Part shown: positions 32,301 through 45,606 of the stretch, one piece after another
Position numbering within the stretch: the stretch's first letter is position 1
Layout: each line of letters opens with the position of its first letter
Assembly: GCA_013115145.1 (NCBI GenBank)
Contig: JAAPAO010000192.1
Location: forward strand, 1-55,603
Length of the DNA stretch: 55,603 nucleotides
From: Perkinsus chesapeaki ATCC PRA-425
Taxonomy: Eukaryota > Protista > Perkinsozoa
Reading direction: 5' to 3'
Position numbers and translations under genes: made by a program
Notes under the pieces: generated by a model
Database searches by the model: none
Seen by the model: only the letters and a program-made list of their open reading frames with translations
Told to the model about the DNA's origin: nothing

Positions 32301-34670
32301 CCTGTGGGGACATCGCAGTGTTCCGACCCTACCGACAGGTGACCTGTTACTAGTTACCTGGGCCAGGCCAACTGACCTGTCACAGACTGTGACTCACAGT
32401 TCATACTGAGAATCTCTTTGCCATAGTACCCTTACAGAAAGGACCAACTAACCCGTGAGCCAATATTGTCTCTCTACGCAGCCTCCATCGGTGCACCTCC
32501 ACAAACTTTCGTCGTCAACTCCCACCGATACACCTCTTCTTCTCAAGGTTTTCAGCGTTGATCTTTCCGGAGGATTCCTCTGAGAGGAAAGTTTCTTCTA
32601 GTGCGGCCTCAACGACGACGAAGCGACGTTTGAAGTTCAAACGTTGATTCGTTCGTCCTTGACTGAAGCTCAACCTTTGAACTATCACATTTTACTCTCC
32701 CCGCTCATGGTCCTTCCCTTCATTCTTTCATATTCGCGGGTCCTCCACCAGACTTACAGATCGATTATGTATCGAGTAGACTGTCGAGGCCCTATTACAA
32801 TCTGCATCGCTGTTTCAGTGATTGCTAGCTTCGCAGGGTTGACAACTTCTCGTCAACTCCGATTTCTTCGATAGTTGTTTGTCCAACTTCTAACCCAACA
32901 ATCTGCGTGACCGGCCCTGCGCAGCTCACAAGGTTCTGCTTTCCCTCCTAGTAGCAGGCTGCTACGACTAGAGAGTACTTTATCCGCCGTGCAGGAGCCG
33001 TCCTGCCATTCAAGCAATCACACGCCTCTAAGAGGCGGCCTCTTCACCGCTATACGACGCTCAGCCGTCTCAACCGTTGAGTTCCACACGTGTTGCATTA
33101 CTCTGCTCTGTGAGACCACGATGCGCAATGTGGTAAATACAGCGCTCTTTTTCATCCCTCTCAACCACTCGCTCTTACGTGCCGTCTCTCGTATGGCCTT
33201 TTCCCGTCAATCGACGAGTTCCAATATTTCCGCCCTTACCTTTTTACTCTTCCCTGGGTCCCTGTCACGGCTGAAACTATTCCTAACCCACACCTTCCCA
33301 CAACGTTTCCACACTGTGGAGTCCACAGAGTCCTCACGGCCCGTGAGTCACGGGTGAATACTTGGACGTACCACTCAGTCGCCGCCACAGCCCGCGCCTC
33401 TCGGGAGCTGACAGTGTACCGTTTGAGCTCGGGAACGACGACGCTGCTATTCAGCACTTGGTTCGTCCACCCTTAACTCCTCATCAACCTCGGATGGCAG
33501 TACCAAACCTTCTCATGCTATTGCTGCGACACCTGCTCACACACTCTCTCGATTGAGCCACACTACTCGCATTGACAGTCACTCTCCCCCCCCACCGTCT
33601 ATGTGTTGGGAGGGAGTGAGCTCACGATAGCTAGCCAAGATAGCTCACCTACCGTAGCTAGCCATAGCTCGCCATAGACTAGTGGGCGTTGGTTTTGGGA
33701 AGGGACGGGGCACCATCGGCGATGATCCATCGCACGAGTGCTCCTGCCCCTGACCAGCATGTCCCAACGCCCACTACTGTTGAGCAACCGAGCACGGGCC
33801 ATTTGATCAATAGGTAATCCACCGACAGTCTCGTTTCGAAATCAACACTCGGACAGGTATCAATCATTGATAATCAATGACGGATTGTTAAAGATAAGTC
33901 ACAGTGGACATGGAGACCCAGCCGTGTCACAAAGAACGCGCGTGCAATACTGCTTAACCGTCAGGGAGGGAGCGAATAAGAATGGAAAAATCATAGGTGG
34001 GGTGCAAGTGACCGAAGCTCGCCCTGGAGAGAGGCTGCCGGAAGGACATGCCCGGAAGCTCAGGAGCCCTGAGTAAAACCCGGCAGATGTGCCGCACGCG
34101 TACGGCGCATAACTACCCCCTACCATTGTATGGGTTGTCGGAGAAGGACTCCTCTCCTGATGAATAGAAAAAGCTTCACGTTCAGAACCCTAACTCTCCG
34201 ATAGAAGGTCATCCCCTGTGGCAATTGTGTAAGTTCGGTAGGGGGTCCTATAGTACAATACACTTACGTAGTGCGTCGAAGTAGAATCGGGCCCTAATTA
34301 TCCGGGGAGAATCCGGGCGGGCTCCCGTGGCGCGGCCGCTGTACGCAGCGTACAGTACGGCGTACACTGTACGCCTACAGACGCTTCATATTCTACATCG
34401 AACTGCGGCGTGCTCGAAAGCCTTCCACGGCTCAGCAAGCCGGGCTTGGTCCACAAGACCCGCTCGCTAGGTTGCTAGAGAGTTGCCGCGCAACTGATTT
34501 TCTTGGTAGTGCGTGGGGGTTCATGCCCCCACAGAAATCTTCACAGACAACCCCCGGGGTAGTATCGTTCTCGAACTAGAAGTCCATCCTCTTCAACCAC
34601 GTCTGGCATTGAGCTCTATCATGGTGGTTACAACAGCTTTTCTTAATCCACGCTCATTGTTCTCTACCAA

Positions 34671-37101
34671 ATGAAGATCTCCGACCTTATGAAGATCGAG
34701 TTTGGACCTGTCCTGCAGCGATGTACACCTGTTGCTCTCCAGGGAGGACTGCTGCTAGCAACTGCTTATGTGACTACGAGGATGGTTAAGTTGCTCATTG
34801 GAACCAAGAAGCCATTACCATTTCCCGGACCCACGGTAAGATTATAGGATTCGTAAGAGTAGTTAAGCTCCCAGTATCGCTTCTCAGGGTAAGCCAATAT
34901 TGGGTGTAGTGGTAGAACTAGATCCGAGTAACGCTTTAAAGAGTCTGCGTGCCTGGCTGAGTAAGTATGGAGAGACAATTGCTTTCCGGTAAGTAATTTG
35001 TGAATATGTTGGCGAGTAAACCTTATTCTAGTATCTTCTAGTAGAAGATATCTCTCGAAAATTAGTCCAAGCGTGGGAAAGTCTTTAGGCATAAGTATCT
35101 TATATTCGCCAAGACTTTGGTAATCCAGATGTCTGTTAAACATAAAGTTTACACACAGCTCATCAATAGAGGTCTTCTTCCATCTATCACCGATAGTGGG
35201 TGTTGGACTGTCTCTTCAGGGTCTTCACTACACCGTACGTTGTCACCAAGAATCCTGGTACTGTGAGACAGATCCTCAGAGATTCGAGAAAAGAGGTTAT
35301 GATGAGACAAATGAACACAATGAGTTTGCTGCCAAAGCGTGGTACATTCCTAACTGAGGGAGATGCATGGCGCTCAAATAGAAAGAAAGTGGACCCCATT
35401 CTGGCAGAGCCTAATGTTCGAACGATGGTGCCACTCATGAGCCAGATGGCTCGAAGACTTGTAGGCCGTCAAGCACAGCTCAATCCTGGAATTCATTTAT
35501 CTCGAACTGTGGTTGTCAGGCTCATGTGGTGTCAGCTCTGGCCGATGAACATGGTACTGTTCATGATTGGAATCCACATAAACTACTACAACTCGCTGCC
35601 TTGGACTTCACAATGGCATCCAATTTCGGGAGAGATTACAATCTTTTGAGTCCCTTAGGTGAAAATTTGGTGGAGAAATTCTTCGTTTTTCCCTGGTTTA
35701 AACCATTATAGTTTAAAGAATATTGTCAACTTGTCTTGTAGGCTTGTTTTGATATCGCTAGTCTAGCGACGCTAGATCACGACCCCAGTCCTTGGTTTCC
35801 TGGCTTGACGTCACTAATTTCTGGTTAAATGTACTCATTACATGCTTTGCTCTTAGATCCTCACGGCGCTGCTGAACGCGAGGATACTTGGAACGCGAGG
35901 ATTTTTCAAAACTTCTTCGAGGGGTTCGATTTCGTTGTGAAGCATATTCAGATGGCGCCATTGATGAGGAATAGCTTCCCTTTCACACTCAACAAGCATG
36001 TGGCTAAGGTGAGCGAGGAGCCGGCTGAGCTATTTCGATTATTCTTGATACTAGCAAGATTCGGAACTATTAGTTCCGGGATCTACCAGGGTTTTTTGTG
36101 AGTCAATTTTCACTTTTCAGTGTCACTCGTCCATCAAGAGTATGGAGAAATACTGCAGGGACATAATAGATCAACGTCGACGAGAACTGAGGGATGAGAG
36201 CAAGCTGCAGAACACTGTCTTGGACAGAGTGATTGGTATGGAACAGGAAGACCTAGTTTGGAACCTTATCACGTGAGCGTTCCTCCTTTTCATTTCCCAC
36301 CGGATTTGGAAGTTTTGATTAGGTTTAGTCTAAGCGGTGGATCTTCTGTCCCCTCAAATGTGGAATGGTTCCTCTACCTGATGTGTCTCCACCCAGATGC
36401 TCAGGCCACAGCTAGAGCAGAGGTTTATGCTCTAGGAAGACCTCCCGAGGATGATGAAGATGTCAATAAAGTGCCTTATGTTGAAGCTTGCATCCTGGAG
36501 ACTCTTCGCGTGAGATTCACCCGAGAAATTAATTGACTAGACCGGAAGTTCGGATTGGAAGCCGCTTCCAGGAAGCGTACATCGCAGGCCGTCGACTCGC
36601 GAACGCTGCATTCGAACTGCATCCCTCTTGCATCAAGAAATTTTAATGTCAAATTTCAGATGAACAACTCTACCCCTGGTCCAATGCCTTACGTCACCAC
36701 GGTCCCCTACTCCATGGAAGGAAAGACAGTGAGCCCTGGTACAGTCATAATTATGATGACCGGGGAGGCCATGAAAAGTGAGGAATTTGGAGGAAGCGAG
36801 TTCAGGTAAGGTCGCCTGAATGAGTTCATGGAACTGTCATGGTTACAGACCAGAGAATTGGTTCCTTCCAAACAGTAAGGTCATTGATCGTGAAAAGGCT
36901 CTGAAGCATTGGGCATTCACTGGCAGCCCTAGAAGATGTCCCGGACAACATCTTGCAATGAAGGAATGCATCGTATTGGCAGCTACACTCTTAAAATGTT
37001 TCTCGAATCTTCGCTTGACAGAGGGATGTGACGAAGTCGGAGAGACAACTTACATTAATCGTCTTCCGGTCAATCTTCGTATTGATATGACGATCGGGTG
37101 A
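34671..37101 (+). CDS. Cytochrome P450, multi-exon
   Basis: N-terminal anchor plus PFPGPT|GKPILG (intron 34836-34887); KYGETIAFR; TEGDAWRSNRK (WxxxR); I-helix SLSGGSSVP; EACILETLR (ExxR); PENWF; heme motif AFTGSPRRCPGQHLA; stop at 37101. Confidence 0.92.
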
Positions 37102-38999
37102 ATATGGTCCCCTTATATTTGATTACAGTCCTAATTATATGACATTCATGGCCTCTTGATTTCGAGACCTAACATATTCGATGATCTTTTTTCGTGGACA
37201 AGTCTGACTTGAAGATCCCATATGGGTCACTTCACACATCAAATCAGAGTTTTGTTATTGTCCCTACCTTCAATCTCTTCTATCTCACATCAATCTTATC
37301 TGGTTGTATTTCGTGTGGCATGAGAACAGTGATAACTTAGCCAAGCTTAGGTTGGCAACCCATCTCATTTTACGGACGCAGAAGCTTCCCCATCAGGCTA
37401 CACCGTGACGGTGTAATAGTCTTGAATAATAAGAAGCTACGGGGATCAAACTTGAGCTACGGGGATCTAGATAAGCGCGGTCGTGCCAAAATAGAATGCA
37501 TATCGCCAAACTTTTAGCTGATTTTCAGGTCCTGATATCTTCAGTTTACCTGAGTCCTTCCTCCTGGGCGGTTAGGTGTCGCTAGCCAGGGCAAGGCAGG
37601 GCTTCTAATATCGTGGTACTAAGCCCTCAGCGTGTCAGACGATCGGCTGCAAACTGAACTGAACTTGAACTATGCTAGCTGTGCCAACTAAGCTGGCGGA
37701 GCCGAGAATAGCTTGGTGGGGAGACGCTTCACCAGGGAGGGCGGGGGGGGCAAAAATTAACTAATTCATTGGACTACAATTCACTAAGTAAACTGCACGG
37801 ATGAACACTCAGGAATCCTGAGTCAGGATTCACTGGGCGTGCTATCGCTGGACTCGCTCGCCCACCTATCACAGCCGAAAGAATCATCCGCATCGCGCCG
37901 GGAGTCGTACCGAGTAAACTTGGTCAGCTAAGTCAACCCTCATTACACATTCACTTCTCATTTTCGGATGTGGCACTAACATTTTTCCCTGTATGCTCAT
38001 CAAATAAGCATCGGATAAAGGTGTCGAAAAAACATCAAACTGATGGAATTCACTTTTTGGGAGGTATCTCACGCTCATTTGTTTCATTGAAGCAAACGTG
38101 GCTCCGACAGCAGCATCAGCGGTCCTATCATTAACAGACTATCAAGCACTCGTCTTTCGCCCATTGTTTAGCAGTCTTAAATTGATACCCGCTGGTTAAA
38201 TTCTACACGGAATCCCTCCCTAGTAGGGAGCCTCCGCCAACATGTCGCCCGTAGCAAGACATGTGCTCGTACTACGAGACTCGTAGGAAGTTGAATGTTG
38301 GCCGATCGACGGGAATTTCCTGAAGCACATACAGTCATTTACAGGAATTATTACTTTTTACATACGGCCACTCTACCCTCCCACGCTAGAGATCATCCAC
38401 TGAACAGCATTCCTGTTACACCAACAGTAATATGATCACTACTTTGAAAACCGCTTGGCACTCCAAAAAGTATAGCACTACGACTCTTAAGTATACGAGA
38501 TCCCCTCCGGGGTCCCCTCGATAGTGCTACTTTCAATTTAGAATTCGTGCCATCCTGGCGGGGCAATATAAATCACGGTTTCTTAAAACAGTGAACTTCT
38601 CCAGCTAGAACGACTCTAGTAGAACCAATCGGGGAGGCACCTTGGTTTTGACGGCCCTCTCGAAGATGCCACATCAAACGTTTGATTAAATATACTCTAA
38701 TTGACTTGAAAAAAGAGATCTAATCAAACAGAAACTTCAATGACATGCCACACATCAGTAGTCTTGCACTAAAGCCTCATCAACTAGTTTCTCTCGACGG
38801 AGCTCTTCTGCCTTGCTGTACGCCTCGTACCGAGAAAGCTGCAAAGACAACGTCAATACCAACGACAAAAGCTGAGAGGACTTACGTCCTTCCTGATGAG
38901 CTTCTTTCCCATATGCAATCGCTTCTTCCTGTAAGGACGCATATCCTTAATGCACTTCAACACCGGCGCAGGTAGCTTGGTAATACCGTAGTTGTCATC

Positions 39000-39650
39000 G
39001 AAGAAATGGCTTGTATGGATCACACCTAAATGCTTTAATGCTGCAGTATAGGGCTTCCACTAAAAGCACCGGAAGGTTCCCGACCATCAAAATTGGAAAT
39101 ATTTGCGTATCGCCAATCTAGGGAGCTGGCTATATCGACTGTGCCATTGATCGTTTTGCAATTCTGTCACCAAAGCAAGGGCATAATATTTCCTTCAACC
39201 TTGATAAGAGTTTGAGCTCTCTCTGGCACCATATTCGAGGTTACCTGATTTATTGTGTTGTTGTTCAACCCATTTCCTGAAGTATGATAAAGCGTTTACA
39301 TCACCCCCGAGCTCTCCTTGGGCGAACTTCTCTCGTACCTGTTGAAGTCGATTCTACGTAGTTCAAAGAACGAAGCAATCTTTCTAGATAGACGTAGTCA
39401 AATACTTGCTATGCGGATGCTGGCTTGCTCAGGACATAGAATTATTGCCAATCAACAGGCTAATCGAGTTGCAACTGCGTTCGACGTTACCCGAATCCAG
39501 CCTTTAAGGAAGAGGTCATCCGCCACCTTCCATATCTCCTTCTCAAAAGGTGCGGCAGTGAATCCAAACTCATCCGGCGGGAACTTACCAGTGATTTCAA
39601 ACCTGAATAATAACAAATAAGGTGGCAAAAGTACGTGCTTGGGGATGTTC
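39000..39650 (-). CDS. Exons of a multi-exon hypothetical protein; extent unresolved
   Basis: Coding-like colinear segments GKFPPDEFGFTAAPFEKEIWKVADDLFLKGWIR, QVFDYVYLERLLRSLNYVES and KVEGKYYAPCFG, with GT/AG junction candidates. No family recognised. Confidence 0.35.
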
Positions 39651-39931
39651 AATCTTTATGAACTACTTCATGATGCAACAACACACTGAAACCTGTGGCT
39701 AATGACTGTGTATCATCGCAAGTGTTACTGTCAAAGGCTCTGTTGTATCCCCACGACGAACAGTAGATTTGATTTTTGAATGTAACACGTAATTATACTG
39801 TGGGCCAAGCCGCCCGCCACCGTCCGAGCGTACCTGTATTTTCCGAGCATTTCATGCATGTCATCTTCGGTGTAATCTGTCTTGATCTGTGGTCTCGGCT
39901 CCGGTTTACGATATCTCCGATTGGACTAAAA

Positions 39932-40004
39932 TACCAGAGGCGGGGATCGAACCCGCGACCTTCTGCGTGTAAGGCAGACGTCATAACCGCTAGACTACCC
40001 CGGC
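39932..40004 (-). tRNA. tRNA-Val (anticodon TAC)
   Basis: 73-nt cloverleaf GCCGGGG-TA-GTCTAGCGGTTATGAC-G-TCTGC-CT-TAC-AC-GCAGA-AGGTC-GCGGG-TTCGATC-CCCGC-CTCTGGT-A. Confidence 0.95.
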
Positions 40005-41347
40005 TTGAAGAGACTGGACCTACCGTTGGAGGCTTCATATAAGGGTCATATCTCTTCCCATAAAATGGTATGCCTTTCACCGTTTTACATCGTTCCATCG
40101 GATATGACAATAAATTCTTGCCTACAAAAACAAACTCCGAAACCCTCACACGTATTTTCCACCCGGCGGAGCTCCCCAACTCCTCAGCTCTTAGATGTAA
40201 ATGTATAAGCGAACAGCGTGCAAGACCGTTCTATGATACGTTGAACATTACGAAGCCCCACGAGCTAGACCTTCCCACGCAGCCAGTGGCACTTTAGCGT
40301 GCTTAACGATCGGCTCTTCCTTAAATACTCAATCCAAAACTTATATATTTTATAATAAAAAAATGAGTTGTAACAATAGTTCATATCGATATAATAAGAT
40401 TTATGCCAGCAATTGAATCCATATACTGTATAGTATTGCTAATAATCGATTTTCATCGAACACAATCTCAACCAGTAATAACTCTTCGAAGACTCAGCAG
40501 TCCAGTCGAGGAAGAGCTCACCCCCCCCCCCCGAGCACGCCTCACCTGGCTTGTAGTCGGGGCAAGGTCTTCGAGTGATGGCCAGTTGCTCATCCACCTT
40601 GGTTTTGGCGTAATTGTGAACAAATCGTATTCTAGACCATCTCAACATTGAGGAAATAAAAATACAATGGCAACTGTCTAATTGTACGCCACCAACTGTC
40701 TAATTGTACGCCGTTATCTACCCCTTACTCCGTACCTCTTAGAGCGCCATTTCTGGGGCATAGTCAATTTGTCAAGCTTTGGAACGGTTCAACCGAGCCA
40801 TCTCCTCGCATGGTGATCAGCTCTATACTCGAGAGCAACCCACACGGCAGTGACTCCTATGCGACCTCCAGTCAACTACTATTTGTTTTCCGCAATACTA
40901 ACAGTGAGAGATTCCAATCCGACGCAAACAATAGCCTTGATAATGGCGCCCACATTACACTCAACTCAACCAAACACCCTCCATAACAACTACAACAGAC
41001 TCACAAAGCTCATGCGACGACAAAACAATCTCCTATCCTCCAGCTCCTTTCGCTGTTCACTTTCCTTACATAGAGTCAGAGGGGTTAGCAGGAGATATTC
41101 ACAATTTGGAAAAGGGAATCTAGGTTGGACATGTGCCGAGATGGAGAATAAAATGCATTCTGATTTCTGCGCCCTCGAAGGAAGGCCTTCGGTCTGCACC
41201 ATCCACCCCCCGAATACCGCAGTACCTTCGCTCGATTCTTAACTTAGCTCGTACCCGCCCATCCGAGCATTCTGTGAACAAGGACACAGGTGCCTGCCAG
41301 CCTTCCCTTACCATCAACGAACAACAACTAGCCAGCCGTTGATCCGT

Positions 41348-43543
41348 CTACTCCTCTGCGACCCTGACATTGTCCCAGAGCACCTCGGCCTGCCTTGTCC
41401 AACCAAACCCCTTCAGCTCCTCCCGAATCACACACACCAGACAACGGGCTCTCTCAACACCCTCGATCACCGAACTTATATTATCTTCGTTCACCACATC
41501 TATGTGTTCTTCCTCCTCCACGGAACCTTCCTCCGTAAAGGGCAAGCTCATCAAAGCTTCCTCAATTCCCCCCGCTGTCTCATCGAACTGCCCCAAGCTC
41601 TCATCCGACATCGGTCTTGCCAACGGATCCAGCCTCACCACAGCAAGAACGATTATCTCGAGCACCTCGCTGTCCGCTTTCTCCCCACAACTGTCGTAAA
41701 CCTTCAACATAAGTTTCAAAGTCAAAGCAAGCTCCCGCAAAGTCATCTCCGCTAGTCTGATCGCCGTCACCTCTCTCGCTCCTCTCAAGGCTCCTGGTCG
41801 TATCGACACCGCCGGCGTGGTGGTGTCAAGAAAGCTCCTCGACTCCCCGATCCTTAAAAGCGTCTCCCACATTCTCCAGATCTGACCGGGACCGATTCGC
41901 GGCGATTCCTGACAGGCCAGCACATACAGCATCTTCGCCACAACAGGCTCGAAGCTCCATCTCCTCGTTCGATACTCCTCCGCAGTGACGCCGTAAAATG
42001 CCGCTCGCGATGCACCCCAAATAATATCAATTAATGCCCCTAGTGTAGCAGGGGGTTTCAAATCGATCACTTGATCGATTTTCGCCTGCCTGTCATTTAA
42101 CCTCGGCAAATTCGGTTCCAAGGGCAGCATTTCTCCTTCCAACCTCTCGGCGATCTCCGAAAGATACTTCCCCAGAAACTCCCTGTCCAAATCCAACCTC
42201 CTCATCGTAGCCAAAATCAAAGATATTCCCGCACTAGAAATATTTCTAGTGCAGTCTGCCGTCGCCGCAATCAACCTCCCGAAGAACTCAACCATCGGAT
42301 CCCTACCCATCTCCTCGTATCTCCCATCATTTCCCATCTTAACCTCCAAAAAAGATTCTCCGTACGCACGCGCGAGAATTGGCAAATCTTTGGCTCCCAT
42401 ATAATCCATCACGTCCACCCCAACCTGCCAAAGCTCAGCGAGGCCGCTGTCGAGCTGGCCGATGGCGACAGGGAATTCATGCGGGCGGAGCGAAGCGATT
42501 CTTCTTTTCACATTTCCGATCAGCTTCTCTCTAGTATCTTTCCCAATATCTTTTCCCACCGCTTTCAACGCCAAAGCACTTTCTTGCGCGCCCCGAAATT
42601 CCTCTGCCACTATAGTTTCCAGGACCCGGCAAGTCTGCTGTCTCAATCTCGCATGCTTGGGGAAAACCAATACCATCTTCACCAGCATCACTGGATACTC
42701 CGTCGCCTTCTGCGCGCTCAAACTGCTGAATAAAGTAGCTTCCAAATACGTCCCCGCAATTTTCCTGAATCCCGGCTCTGCGCACGCGTGCACATTCAAC
42801 ACCATCCAAACGACATCGACAAGCTCTTCAGCGGTGAACTCTTTCATTCGACCGACAGCTGCTCCCTTCAGCAATCTGGCCAGGTTTCGCATAGACGAAC
42901 CTATCGGCATTAATTTCGCACCGGCCTTCGCAAGAAGGGCGATAACGTCACCAGACAGGCTGCGTCTCTGAGCGCATCTTTCAACCGTTTCGAAAACTGT
43001 ATCTAGACATCTCTCGTATCTTTCGCTCTCACGATGTGCACGCTTCAACCTCAGATTCCCCAGGGATTCCAGCACCGTTACGCATACTATAAGTGCATTT
43101 TCATACCATTTCTCCTTCACAGTTTTCGCAAGACATGCCCTCAGCACCGTCGGAAGCCTCTTCGACAAACTCTCGCATGCAGCAAGCACAACTTCCCCCA
43201 CAACAAATTCTCGCCGCGCCACACAATCCTTTTCTGACACCTCTAGCCATGCCCGTTGATCCGCGTCCGCCATCCACCACAGCAACTCGGTTATCTCTCC
43301 CACAGTCGCCGTTTCAATTCCACAAACCAATTTTCTTGCAAACTTCTTAATTTTGAATTTCTTATCCGAGCCCGTCAACCCCAGAGACACACCCGATCGG
43401 AACACATCCGCGACGGTGCCGCTATCAACGTGAATTCCTCTATCTCCAGTGACGTCATTAATTTCGATATCCAGCGGAGCGATGTGACCCTCATAAGCAT
43501 CCATATAACCTCCCCAAACACTGCTCGCCTTCAACTCTGCCAT
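41348..43543 (-). CDS. Hypothetical 731-aa, likely alpha-helical protein, intronless
   Basis: Long uninterrupted ORF from an ATG, Leu/Ala/Glu/Arg-rich amphipathic segments, with only short ORFs on the opposite strand. No motif recognised with confidence. Confidence 0.72.
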   Translation of the reverse strand: MAELKASSVWGGYMDAYEGHIAPLDIEINDVTGDRGIHVDSGTVADVFRSGVSLGLTGSDKKFKIKKFARKLVCGIETATVGEITELLWWMADADQRAWLEVSEKDCVARREFVVGEVVLAACESLSKRLPTVLRACLAKTVKEKWYENALIVCVTVLESLGNLRLKRAHRESERYERCLDTVFETVERCAQRRSLSGDVIALLAKAGAKLMPIGSSMRNLARLLKGAAVGRMKEFTAEELVDVVWMVLNVHACAEPGFRKIAGTYLEATLFSSLSAQKATEYPVMLVKMVLVFPKHARLRQQTCRVLETIVAEEFRGAQESALALKAVGKDIGKDTREKLIGNVKRRIASLRPHEFPVAIGQLDSGLAELWQVGVDVMDYMGAKDLPILARAYGESFLEVKMGNDGRYEEMGRDPMVEFFGRLIAATADCTRNISSAGISLILATMRRLDLDREFLGKYLSEIAERLEGEMLPLEPNLPRLNDRQAKIDQVIDLKPPATLGALIDIIWGASRAAFYGVTAEEYRTRRWSFEPVVAKMLYVLACQESPRIGPGQIWRMWETLLRIGESRSFLDTTTPAVSIRPGALRGAREVTAIRLAEMTLRELALTLKLMLKVYDSCGEKADSEVLEIIVLAVVRLDPLARPMSDESLGQFDETAGGIEEALMSLPFTEEGSVEEEEHIDVVNEDNISSVIEGVERARCLVCVIREELKGFGWTRQAEVLWDNVRVAEE

Positions 43544-45606
43544 ATTGCATACATCTATCGCTTGAACAATTACGTACCTATCAGAACGATAAACATATGT
43601 TCACAGCCAGGAGACTGTAGACCGGCCTCACGAAAATAGTAAAGCAATACGATAATAAGTCGGCAATTATTACACCCGTCCCTTACAATACGTATCACTG
43701 TGTCCAGCTACACTGCAATACGGAAGCTGGCTACATTCTATGTCAAGGGCGATTTACGGTTAACCGATTTTGAAGAAGCCGAACGATACACTTGAAATAC
43801 GTCATTATCCCTTTGCCCGCCTCCACCGCGCATTCCTACGTGCCACATACTGTATAATGGAACACATTTTACACAACATGGGCACTACTATCTCCGTACA
43901 ATATCTCATCATCTAGAGTGCGTTCCAGGCGATGGGCAAGTTCATTGAGATATTCCACGCTGAAGCTCTACTCGCTTAAGTGTGAAATACTAAATTTCAA
44001 CCGACACCCGCTCGCCACCGTGAATATCGCTGCTGTGCTCACGGTGAAGGAGGAGAAAGCCTTTATAACGTACACAAAGAGAGAGGCTACTTGGTCTTCC
44101 TTTGTGGCCAAACACTATTCCCTGACTGATGATGAATTGGTCGCCGACTCTTAGAGTTCAACCAGGTCTCCCGATTCATAATTGGATAAACATTACCAGG
44201 TTCGCAGTGAGGGTTATCAAGGCCCTTTTGAGCGCCCCCTACTATATATCAACTACTACAATCTCCACCACCACCACCACTACATTCCAGTAGTCGTCCC
44301 TTGCAGTGTCTCCGTTAAAGTTCTAATGCCCATCTCTGCCTCTATAGCTGCCTCCATAATATCCCTTCCCATGCATATAATAAGCCTCTCCACCGCCGTG
44401 TGTCTGCGATGTAATGGTAGCGACCGACTAGACACCAGCGGGACGCCTGCGAGGAGGAGAAGGGGAAGATTGGGAAATCTAAAAATATTTTCCGATATAT
44501 ATTATTCCCCTCCTTGGGATACTATTTCTATGGTGACAAGCATTGTATTGTCATAGTTGCATTCACTCCCCGAGCCCCTCAGATCACATTGCTCACATCA
44601 CTGTCGGTGTCTCGCTCACATCACCACTACATGTCCACTCCGTAGTCGACGATGGCTCATAAGCCCTACTATGTATGATATAAGCCCTTGAGCTTATAGG
44701 TTTATTGGCAATATATGCTATAAAACAAGCCATTCCCTCCACCATCACCACGGAGACTGGACCCACGTTAGATTTGCCATTAGTTTAGAACATTTTGCCG
44801 AACGGTTCAAAGATATTTCCGTGTCTGTTGGCACCAACTACCAAGCCGGTGAATAATGAAAAGCTATGATGACCTAATTATTCGTATACCTTTCCGTATT
44901 ACTATCCGCCTAATATCACACACACCTCAGTTATAATATTCCCCTCAGATCTGCTAACGCCGACCATGCTACTACCGGACATTTCCCACTCGAGCGTCGG
45001 CGGCACTGGCGGTCGACTTGGCGGTTGGGCAGCATCCTCTTCCTCGAATAGCAGGGACGGGGGCGGGCCGAGACCCTCGTTTAACACCTGGGAAAGATAC
45101 AAAATAGGTTAGATACTAATCGAGATGATAACGAGGCTGCTCTTCATTAAACTCTCAAACCGAAAAGACCATTTTCCGTATTGGTAAGTTATGCGATTTG
45201 CAACGCATAGGGGTGAATGAGCTTTGGGGTAAAAATTGGTTTCCCGAGCGTCGTTGAAGGTGGGGGGTAATTGACCGAAGTCACGAGCATGAATAAGACT
45301 GGACTAGTGCGTATTACGGACGGCCGAATTACTAGAATCGACTGTCTACGTTGAGTTGAAAGCTCCCGGAAAGCGCTCGAGTACCTGCTCGCTTAGTGCT
45401 CTAGTCGCTCTACCGTACTCTGGTCTTGGATGGTCATTATCTGTGGTCTCGGCGATTATATCGGACATATCTTGCGCACGGGACAAGTGCACGGTCGACC
45501 TTTGTGTGCTGAGAAGATGCGCTGTCAAATCGATTATGTGATCGATAGCGCTCGCCGTCGGCAGCGCGCAGTGAACTTCTCAAAGCCCACAAGTCAACCG
45601 TTCGAC

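Noticed and set aside
34766-35143. 125-aa minus-strand ORF
   Set aside because: It is antisense to P450 exons 1-2 and their introns, and has no motif.
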